From positions 1 to 38,962 of the IMG/VR virus record IMGVR_UViG_3300046710_000155: a stretch of 38,962 nt of DNA; one strand, 5' to 3'. The notes under the pieces are model-generated. The model did no database searches. It had not been told where the DNA came from and worked only from the letters and a program-made list of their open reading frames with translations. The position numbers were made by a program, and so were the translations under genes. Shown piece after piece: positions 17,087 to 24,542 of the stretch (positions within the stretch are counted from its first letter, which is position 1; each line of letters opens with the position of its first letter). This DNA comes from a virus (lineage: Duplodnaviria; Caudoviricetes).

Positions 17087-17845
17087 ACGAAATACTTAGA
17101 CATTGTTTTACCCACTAAGCAAGACCATGCGTATATTGTACCATTATCTTGTCTTCATGTAGGGCATAAATTATTTGATGAAAATAAGTTTTTAGGTTAC
17201 AGGGATTGGATATTAGATAATGAAAATGCCTACACTTTTTTAAATGGTGATTTGTGTGAGTCGGCTATCATAGGAAGCAAGGGCGATCCTTACGCTGCCA
17301 AGATGACAGTTTCTGATGCTAAATTAAAGATAAAAGAATTAATGATGCCTCTTGTAAAAGCTAAAAAAATATTAGGTATGACAAGTGGCAACCATGAGGA
17401 CAGGATTTATAAATTAACAGGCAATGATATAAGTTTAGATGTAGCCATGTTTTTAGACCTTGAAGATGTTTACGACAAACAGGGCTTATTTGGATTAATA
17501 AGAATTGGAGATATAAGTTACCGATACTACATCAAGCACGGCAAGGGTGGCGGAAAATCCCAAGCTTTCAAAATAAGGAAAATGAAACAGATGGCTCTTG
17601 TTATTAAGAATTGTGATTTATATATGATGGCGCACATACATGACGTCTTAACTTTTCAGATAGAACCTATATTTATTAGCATAGAGAAAAACGAGAAATA
17701 TACTATTAAGCAGACTTTTGCGTCTTCATCAAGTTTTATGGAATATGGAGATTATGCGGAGGATGCAGATTTTGAACCAGGCAAACTTGGCAGCCCTCGG
17801 ATTCGGCTCAATGGAATAAAAAAAGATTGCCACGTAAGTATATAG
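17087..17845 (+). CDS. Calcineurin-like metallophosphoesterase (probable ACG start)
   Basis: Frame extends 55 codons upstream of track start: PLSCLHVG, NGDL, GNHE, KHG, AHIH; AGGAGG 5 nt before ACG. Confidence 0.8.
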   Translation, partial: TKYLDIVLPTKQDHAYIVPLSCLHVGHKLFDENKFLGYRDWILDNENAYTFLNGDLCESAIIGSKGDPYAAKMTVSDAKLKIKELMMPLVKAKKILGMTSGNHEDRIYKLTGNDISLDVAMFLDLEDVYDKQGLFGLIRIGDISYRYYIKHGKGGGKSQAFKIRKMKQMALVIKNCDLYMMAHIHDVLTFQIEPIFISIEKNEKYTIKQTFASSSSFMEYGDYAEDADFEPGKLGSPRIRLNGIKKDCHVSI

Positions 17846-17854
17846 CAACCAGTT

Positions 17855-18080
17855 CATTTTTTGCACCCGTTCACATTTCATGTACAAAAGGTTTCTGATT
17901 TGTGTACACAATATATCCAAGTTTGTATACATCTTGCACATAAAACATTACAAAGTGTGTAGTTTGTATACAACATTTACTCATGTGTAAAAAGTAAGTT
18001 GTACACTTGTTGTAAACTAAAGCAGTTATTTCCATTTTGGAAATAGGTTGTCAATAACATTGTCATTAAAGTTGTCATAA
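17855..18080. repeat. Cluster of short palindromes and TTGTCA direct repeats
   Basis: TTGTGTACACAA, TTGTATACAA, TATTTCCA-ttt-TGGAAATA; TTGTCA at 18048, 18060, 18072. Confidence 0.6.
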
Positions 18081-18088
18081 GGAGAATA

Positions 18089-18295
18089 ATGGAATTTATA
18101 CGCTACACAAGTAAGAGCGATATTAAGGATTTAAAAAATCATTCGATGGATTTAAAAGATTTTATATCAAATACCGATTATGAAAAAGACACTGAGGAAA
18201 TGTGTGCATTTGAAGTTCCACCTATATTTCCTAAAGACTGGTCGTCTATTTATGAGGTTACTATAACCATAAATGAGGGTGATATAACCATATAA
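18089..18295 (+). CDS. Hypothetical protein
   Basis: AAGGAG RBS. Confidence 0.6.
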   Translation: MEFIRYTSKSDIKDLKNHSMDLKDFISNTDYEKDTEEMCAFEVPPIFPKDWSSIYEVTITINEGDITI

Positions 18296-18385
18296 GTTAG
18301 TATGCGATAACAAAGTTTATATCGTATAGAAAAGTTACCCGACAAAATAATTAATTTTAATGATTGTCTGGTAAAAGGAGGCATT

Positions 18386-18631
18386 ATGCCAAAAGTAACA
18401 ATTGAGTTCCAGTTGCCGGAGGAACGAAATGAATATAAGCAAGCGATGAATAGTAAAGACTTCTATTTTGCCTGTTTAGGATTTAAGGAATATCTTAGAG
18501 AACAGATTCATCACCATTCGGAGGAAATGTCAGACTTAGAGTTTGCCACTTTTGAAAAGATACGCGATAAGTTTGATAAGATAGTTACCGAAGAAACCGA
18601 CCTCAATAACTGGGAAGAGTTTATAACATAG
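18386..18631 (+). CDS. Hypothetical phage protein
   Basis: AAGGAGG RBS; K.TIEF.LPEE..EY..A pattern. Confidence 0.7.
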   Translation: MPKVTIEFQLPEERNEYKQAMNSKDFYFACLGFKEYLREQIHHHSEEMSDLEFATFEKIRDKFDKIVTEETDLNNWEEFIT

Positions 18632-18635
18632 AAAT

Positions 18636-19348
18636 TATACCCTAAATATAACACTGCTATTATTATATCACATTAATATACCAAAAATGGTATATCTTAC
18701 ACATAATTGGCATTTAAAGGGTATACAATAAATATGCAATATGTGGACAATTATGACTACATATTGTAATTATCTACAAATTGTAGACGTTTCAGCAGTC
18801 GTTGAAACAGTAAATATTAATGAAATCACCTGTGGAATAGAAACCTGAATAGGGATAATGGCTTATGAAAACACAGGAGATATATCAGGGCAAGAGTAAC
18901 CTTATACTCGTTTGAAACCCAATAGATATATCTTTAGCGGCGGATTCCCCCTGGGCAACGTGTAGGGGAGTCTAACCATATACACATTTAGGTTGCTGGC
19001 TGTTAAGATATGGCTTCATGCCGTATGCTTAACTCAATCCCTTAGGTTTAGTTTCGGAGATTCCGTCTTTAAACTATAAAAACCATTTTAGGTTGCTGGT
19101 TATCCTGCTTCTTATCGAGGTAGAAAAGGTTCTCTACACGCAATACTTGCCAATGCCAATAAGCGCAGGGAATGTTAAAGAGATGAAGGGTTTGCCATCC
19201 TTCCGATAAAAAACCATGCAATATCATTTTCGTAGCCTCACGAAATACATGGCAAGTTGCCAAGTATATTACCATGTAGATTGCCATGTAGGATGGTTAA
19301 AAACATCGGCACATAATAATAAGTGTGTAGGTTAGCAAAAAACTAACA
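18636..19348 (+). ncRNA. Hairpin-dense non-coding region (candidate large ncRNA or RNA array)
   Basis: No credible ORF; many back-to-back stems with G-U pairs; directly upstream of tRNA-like genes. Confidence 0.5.
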
Positions 19349-19351
19349 TAT

Positions 19352-19431
19352 TGGGGCGTAAAAGAGCGACTGTTATTACATCCTGAAAAGGACTTAGCAG
19401 AACGTCGGGGCAGTACCGACCGCCTCAACCA
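19352..19431 (+). ncRNA. Mini-tmRNA (tRNA-like domain only)
   Basis: Acceptor TGGGGCG/CGCCTCA with G3-U70, A73, CCA; stemless D loop ending CGAC; T arm GTCGG-GGCAGTA-CCGAC; short P2 CTGTTA/TAGCAG. Confidence 0.75.
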
Positions 19432-19432
19432 C

Positions 19433-19508
19433 TGCGGAATACAATTCTGGTGAATTGAGGAGTCTCATAAGCTCTTTTAGGCTGGTTCGATTCCAGTTTC
19501 CGCTACCA
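19433..19508 (+). tRNA. tRNA-Met(CAT), initiator-like
   Basis: 76-nt cloverleaf, CTCATAA loop, T1-T72 mismatch, A11-T24, encoded CCA. Confidence 0.85.
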
Positions 19509-19510
19509 AT

Positions 19511-19586
19511 GCTGGTGTAGCTCAATTGATAGAGCAATTGCCCTGTAAGCAAAAGGTTGAGGGTTTGATTACTTCCACCAGCTCCA
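19511..19586 (+). tRNA. tRNA-Thr(TGT), degenerate
   Basis: GCTGGTG/CACCAGC acceptor, CCA; loop CCTGTAA (C33), D-loop GA instead of GG, T loop TTTGATT. Confidence 0.7.
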
Positions 19587-19676
19587 ATTTCATTTAAGCC
19601 TCTAAGTTGAAATAACTACATAAATGATTTCAAGTTATTTCTCTACAATACTAAAATTTATACTATAAGGAAACAG

Positions 19677-19811
19677 ATGCCATATTATGAACGATACAAT
19701 TTATCATTCCATGAATTAATTAACAACAATATCTGTCCTATTTGTGGAAATCAATTAATTCCAGAGGGCAGATGTAAATATTGTGTAACAGGGGACTGGT
19801 CAGCATGCTAA
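19677..19811 (+). CDS. 44-aa Cys-rich peptide resembling the NrdJ C-terminal zinc ribbon
   Basis: CPICGNQLIPEGRCKYCVTGDWSAC-stop; aagga RBS. Confidence 0.55.
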   Translation: MPYYERYNLSFHELINNNICPICGNQLIPEGRCKYCVTGDWSAC

Positions 19812-19977
19812 TAATATATGATCCGACAGATACAGACAAAGTTATCGATATTAAGGGTTACCCTACAGGGTGGCCTTATGATAAGGAGCAAGATATTAAG
19901 ATACTTAATTTACAACACACTTAACAGGAGGTTATATGGAAGCAACAACAGATTTTGAAAAGGAAACGGAGGATTAA

Positions 19978-20250
19978 ATGAGTATTAATTTAGATTATGT
20001 TTTAATTGTAGCCATGACAATAGCGATTGTAAACCGTATTAAGGCCGAAATAAAGCCTATAGCAAGTTTATATTATACACTAATGTCTATTGCTATAGGC
20101 GCAGGCTTGTATGCTGTAGCGTTATATACAAACGATGTGGTTAAGGGATTTATATTTATCGGTTTAGCAGCAGCAGGTATATTTGATGTATATGCCCGTA
20201 AGGGTATTTTAGCAGAAGAGAAGATAGACGTAACTAAAGAAGTTAAATAA
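19978..20250 (+). CDS. Putative holin (three TM segments)
   Basis: Three hydrophobic segments, GLAAAGIFD motif, charged C-terminus, GGAGG RBS. Confidence 0.7.
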   Translation: MSINLDYVLIVAMTIAIVNRIKAEIKPIASLYYTLMSIAIGAGLYAVALYTNDVVKGFIFIGLAAAGIFDVYARKGILAEEKIDVTKEVK

Positions 20251-20290
20251 TTTAATTCACAGTTAAGCATTAATAGGTTGACGACTAAGT

Positions 20291-20327
20291 GGGGGGTTTG
20301 GTAGAAATATCAGACCCTCTTTTTTTT
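20291..20327 (+). terminator. Terminator at the late/early boundary
   Basis: ggggggtttggta-gaaa-tatcagaccctct plus T-tract. Confidence 0.85.
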
Positions 20328-20341
20328 ATTGTAAAAAGTCC

Positions 20342-20371
20342 TTGACATTTATTTTAAAAGGTATATATTAT
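20342..20371 (+). promoter_or_regulatory. Early promoter
   Basis: TTGACA with TATATT/TATTAT at 16-18 nt spacing. Confidence 0.6.
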
Positions 20372-20405
20372 AATTATGATAATAAAATTAGTTAAGGAGG
20401 TAAGA

Positions 20406-20660
20406 TTGACAAGAAAGTTAGTTCCGTTTAGAGAGTTCGTTTATAACAGAGGTATTAAGCAAAGTTGGATTGCAGAACAGTTAGGTATTACCCGTTCCGC
20501 TGTCAATTACTGGGCTACTGGAAGACAGATTCCAAGTTTTAAAAATATCCAGAGATTGTCAGAATTATTTGGAACAAATTTATATCAGGTTTTTTATCCT
20601 AAGGCAAAAGTCAATTTATGGAATAAAGTTTTCAAACATGGGAAGGATGCAGAGATATGA
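20406..20660 (+). CDS. Cro/XRE-family HTH regulator
   Basis: TTG start after AAGGAGG; RGIKQSWIAEQLGITRSAVNYWATGRQIPS. Confidence 0.88.
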   Translation: MTRKLVPFREFVYNRGIKQSWIAEQLGITRSAVNYWATGRQIPSFKNIQRLSELFGTNLYQVFYPKAKVNLWNKVFKHGKDAEI

Positions 20661-20974
20661 GTTTAACTAACATTGAACGTGAGACCGGCATTAATTTTAA
20701 TGAAGCAGAAGATTTTGCAATAGTCTATACCGCAAAAGAAAGCTTAAAAAGAAAGTTAGATAAACTTTGCAAACAATTTCCTAAAGATTTTAAAAGAACT
20801 GTTTTAATCGGGGATGATGAAGAAATTAAAAGTTATCATATCAACAAAAAATACATAAATATAAACGCACCCCGACAATATTCTGATGAGCAGAGAAAAG
20901 CAATGAAAGAACATGGCAAAAGATTAGCTGCTGCGACTATTGCAATCGGTTCAAAACAGTCTAGAATCAATTAG
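20657..20974 (+). CDS. Conserved-type hypothetical phage protein
   Basis: ERET.INFNEAE..A.VYT...PRQYSDEQRKAM.E. Confidence 0.75.
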   Translation: MSLTNIERETGINFNEAEDFAIVYTAKESLKRKLDKLCKQFPKDFKRTVLIGDDEEIKSYHINKKYININAPRQYSDEQRKAMKEHGKRLAAATIAIGSKQSRIN

Positions 20975-21101
20975 AACGCAAAAGAGGTATAAGTTTACAT
21001 TCAAAACAAGTAGGGGGTAAAATGACAGATAGTTATAAGGAAGATACAACAAAAGTTATTTATGATTTTTATGATAAATTAAACAAGAAGGAGAAAAAGT
21101 A

Positions 21102-21293
21102 ATGGAAACCAAAAATGACGATGATAAAAAAACTAATCAGGAATTATTAGATGAGGTTACGAAGATGAGAAAAGAGATAGAAGATGATAATAAAAAGAAG
21201 TGGCAAAATAGCGGTAGCAATTCATTGATAACTGTAGGCATAATTATTTTGGCAGTTGTTTTCTTTCTGTGGCAGTGTTCAGGAATATTTTAA
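21102..21293 (+). CDS. Small membrane-anchored protein
   Basis: AAGGAG RBS, C-terminal TM helix. Confidence 0.6.
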   Translation: METKNDDDKKTNQELLDEVTKMRKEIEDDNKKKWQNSGSNSLITVGIIILAVVFFLWQCSGIF

Positions 21294-21353
21294 AAAGTAG
21301 TTGACAAATGTTATAAAATGATAGAGAATAATAAAAGAAAGGAAGTGTTTAGA

Positions 21354-21632
21354 ATGGGAAAACTTATAAGAATTGATTTTAGGAAAGCTATCAAAATTCA
21401 GGACTACAATATGGAGGCAATAGCTTCCGAAAAACAAGAGGATAAGGTTTTAGAGTGTCTGGAAAACGTACTGGATATTATTGACGCAAGAGACGGTTTG
21501 CTTAATAACGAATGGGAGATTACGCAAGCCAAGAAGTTACTTAGGGAGGCAAGGACACAAAACAGGGATCAGTTATATAACGACAAAGCTGAGCAATTAG
21601 TTTTAGAAGAAGAAATACCAATGTTTGCATAA
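21354..21632 (+). CDS. Hypothetical early protein
   Basis: ORF downstream of TTGACA at 21301; start chosen from aagga RBS. Confidence 0.6.
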   Translation: MGKLIRIDFRKAIKIQDYNMEAIASEKQEDKVLECLENVLDIIDARDGLLNNEWEITQAKKLLREARTQNRDQLYNDKAEQLVLEEEIPMFA

Positions 21633-22222
21633 AAAAAGAGGCTTAATTAAAGCCCCTTCTTAACCAAAGAAAGGATAACACATGAATAAGAAAAACACAA
21701 TAGATTATATCAGACCATGCGGAGCGTTCCCACAAACTCCTAAAGTCTGGAAGGAATACGAGGATCAGTGGGAAGAAAAACACGATGCAGAGTATTGGAG
21801 AATTGTTAAAGAAGTTTGCGAAGATATTGCAGCGGGGGACTGACACAATGAACATAACCATTAGAGGCATAACTAAAGATTGTACAGAATGGGGCTGCGA
21901 GAATGTTGTAGATTGTGAACATGGCTGTATCGGATTTGCACCTAAAACAACAGAGGATTTGATTGATTACAAAGTGGATAACGAAAGTGTAAAAAGGAAC
22001 AGAACGGAAACATGGTGGGGAAATGATCCAGATTTAAGGCAGCACGAGCGAAGAGAAGGGAAATGGTTAAGATGACTGACTTCGAACAAAGATTAGATGA
22101 ATGTAATATCTGGCTGTATAAAATCCTAAACAAGATTGCAGATATAAAGTTAGATTTAAAGGCACAAAATTTAGTAGAACTAAATGATGAGATTTTAAGA
22201 AGTGAGTTAAAGGAGCAACAAG

Positions 22223-22405
22223 ATGACTGACGTATATTGCGGCAAAACAGCGTGTATTAACAACACTTGGAAGATGATAGAAAACAGGCAGTATCATGTT
22301 TGTCAGGCGGAAGAAGTAGAGATAACCAAAGATGGTAATTGTTTTAATTATGAAGTGCCGGAATTGCCGTTTAAACCAATTATTTGGAAAGGGGTTGAAA
22401 ATTAA
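22223..22405 (+). CDS. DUF1540-like Cys-rich protein
   Basis: VYCGKTACINN...CQAEEVEI....C.NYE. Confidence 0.6.
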   Translation: MTDVYCGKTACINNTWKMIENRQYHVCQAEEVEITKDGNCFNYEVPELPFKPIIWKGVEN

Positions 22406-23056
22406 ATGAATATTTACCAGAAATTAGTTGAGGTTAGAAAATCTGTAAAATCTTTTGAAAAGTCTGCTTCCGGTTATAACTTCAAATACGTACCTGGAGT
22501 TCAGATATTAACAGAGATAAAAAGCACAATGGACAGTCAGGGAATAATCTTAGAACATCATCTTACTGAAACAACAGTTACTCATTTAGAAAAGACTTGG
22601 TTTGTATCAAGCAAGATGAAAATGGTTTGGGTAAATTCAGAAAAACCGGAAGATAAAATTGAAATAGACTGGTTTTGCACCGGAGAACAGAAAGACCCTT
22701 CACAGGCTTTAGGTTCAGCATTGACTTATTCAGAGAGATATTTTCTACTAAAGTTTTTTGGAATACCGACAGATGAAGATGATCCAGATGGCAAGCCTCC
22801 AGTAACACCTCCAAAGCCACCATATAAGCCACCAGTAACACCTCCAGTAAAACCTGTAGCAACGACAGCAACGAAACCCGTTGACCCTGATTTAAAACTT
22901 AAAAATGAACTGGTTAAAAAACACAATGGTAATACATCGGAAGCTGAAAAGGAATACATACAGATAGTAAGAGATAGAAACAAAGTTGAGGAATTGGACG
23001 CCGAAACTGAAGAATATTTTAAGGAAAAGTTTGAACTGGAGGGGGCAAAGGTATGA
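22406..23056 (+). CDS. erf: ERF-family single-strand annealing protein
   Basis: MNIYQKL...GYNFKY...QALGSALTYSERYFL...IPTDEDDPD. Confidence 0.9.
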   Translation: MNIYQKLVEVRKSVKSFEKSASGYNFKYVPGVQILTEIKSTMDSQGIILEHHLTETTVTHLEKTWFVSSKMKMVWVNSEKPEDKIEIDWFCTGEQKDPSQALGSALTYSERYFLLKFFGIPTDEDDPDGKPPVTPPKPPYKPPVTPPVKPVATTATKPVDPDLKLKNELVKKHNGNTSEAEKEYIQIVRDRNKVEELDAETEEYFKEKFELEGAKV

Positions 23057-23415
23057 GCGTTTATAATAACACGGTAGTTTTTAAAGGCAATATTGGCAAA
23101 GAGCCGGAATTTAAGGAAACTACAGCCGGCCATGTTGCAACTTTCTCAATTGCAGTTTATCGCTCAGGTAAAGGTAACGATGCCGTAACAGACTGGTTTA
23201 ACTGCGTAGCCTGGAATGACATAGCAAGAGGTGTTGCAAATCTTAACAAGGGAACTCGGGTAGTTGTAATTGGCTCAGTAATAAACAGATCATATGATAA
23301 TAAAGAGGGGGTGAGGAAATACATTACTGAGATTCAAGTTAGAGAAATTGGATTAGATGTCGCTGTTAAAAAGGAAGGAGGTAATGAAGAACTTTCTGAA
23401 GATTCACCGTTTTAA
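23053..23415 (+). CDS. ssb: Single-stranded DNA-binding protein
   Basis: N.VV..GNIGKEPE...DWFNCVAW...KG.RV.V.G; acidic tail EDSPF. Confidence 0.93.
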   Translation: MSVYNNTVVFKGNIGKEPEFKETTAGHVATFSIAVYRSGKGNDAVTDWFNCVAWNDIARGVANLNKGTRVVVIGSVINRSYDNKEGVRKYITEIQVREIGLDVAVKKEGGNEELSEDSPF

Positions 23416-23468
23416 CAAATACCAAACAAAAGCAGGGAGTCGCAAACTCCCTGCAAGAAAGGTAAGTC

Positions 23469-24002
23469 ATGACCAAAAACATTACCATAATTATATTAGC
23501 ACTAACTTTAACTCTTGTAACTTTTTTATCCTTAATGATGTTTAACAATTATGAACGGGATATGCTCTCAATGGCAGACCAGCAGTTAAACTCCGACAAT
23601 CTACACCTCGAAGCCCTGGACGGTTTAACACAGCAATATAATCAGTTAGTCACAGATTATGACAAACTGAACTCAAGTTATATTGCTTTAGGCAAGGAGA
23701 AAGGTTTATCGGATAACTGGAGTCAATTTGTACTGACAGCGTACTCACCTAGCGACGTAAGCCAGGGTACAACTGATATTACGTTTATTGGTATAAGAAC
23801 CGATGCTAAATTACCCATGTGCGCCACTGACCCTAATATTATTCCTATTGGAAAATTAATTGAAATAAAGGACTTAGGATTTTATTTAACAGTTGATGCC
23901 GGCGGTGCTATTAAAGGAAACAGAATTGATATTTTTATGGCAGATAAGAATGAGGCTATAGAGTTTGGCAAAGTTATTAAGGATGTGAGGGTGATTAAAT
24001 GA
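23469..24002 (+). CDS. Membrane-anchored 3D-domain (MltA-like) protein
   Basis: N-terminal TM, coiled coil, LTAY...ATDP.IIPIG...DAGGAIKGNRIDIF. Confidence 0.88.
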   Translation: MTKNITIIILALTLTLVTFLSLMMFNNYERDMLSMADQQLNSDNLHLEALDGLTQQYNQLVTDYDKLNSSYIALGKEKGLSDNWSQFVLTAYSPSDVSQGTTDITFIGIRTDAKLPMCATDPNIIPIGKLIEIKDLGFYLTVDAGGAIKGNRIDIFMADKNEAIEFGKVIKDVRVIK

Positions 24003-24169
24003 TGACTTGTAAAGATTGCGAGTTTAGATTCATAGCTTTATTAGGAGAGTCTTATTGTTCTAATAGCGACAGTTATAACTATAAATATAATGACTCTGGA
24101 ATATATGTTTTAGATGTTGATAAGGATATATGCAATATATTTTTAAAAAAAGCTGAATAAGGAGGAAAT

Positions 24170-24538
24170 ATGTTTGAGGTTAAAAAAGATTCAAGGAATG
24201 TAAATAGCAGGGTTGAATATCCATTGACAACAGCGCACGCTCATCAGTTTGTCTATATCAACGGGTTCTCACATTATCTTTTTGGTGATAGTGAAGTCAA
24301 ATGCGATGAAGGGGATAAATTTGAATCTGCTTTTGGAAAAGAACTTGCAGAAACAAACGCAACTATAAATATGCTAAAAGAGTATAAAAGAGTGTTAATT
24401 AAATTTACTAAGCGGCCGGAGTGGAGAAAAGAGAAACAAGCTACTAAAGAAGATTTTAATGAATGTTTTAAAAAAGCCATGATTGAAATGCAAACAGCAG
24501 TAGAAAATTTTAATAAGAGGTTTGGCATAAAGGAATAA
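24170..24538 (+). CDS. Hypothetical protein
   Basis: AAGGAGG RBS; KC..GDKF....GK.LA pattern. Confidence 0.7.
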   Translation: MFEVKKDSRNVNSRVEYPLTTAHAHQFVYINGFSHYLFGDSEVKCDEGDKFESAFGKELAETNATINMLKEYKRVLIKFTKRPEWRKEKQATKEDFNECFKKAMIEMQTAVENFNKRFGIKE

Positions 24539-24542
24539 ACCT

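Noticed and set aside
17855-19348. CRISPR array
   Set aside because: No identical repeats at regular spacing and no cas genes
18825-19431. Permuted two-piece tmRNA with upstream coding piece
   Set aside because: Acceptor halves are in standard order and joined by a short closed helix; no tag ORF could be identified
19511-19586. tRNA as attP site or as tRNA-Tyr(GTA)
   Set aside because: No integrase in the genome; loop register and body fit Thr(TGT) and there is no long variable arm
22790-22860. CCAGTAACACCTCCA repeat in erf
   Set aside because: Explained by a Pro-rich protein linker (PPVTPP twice)
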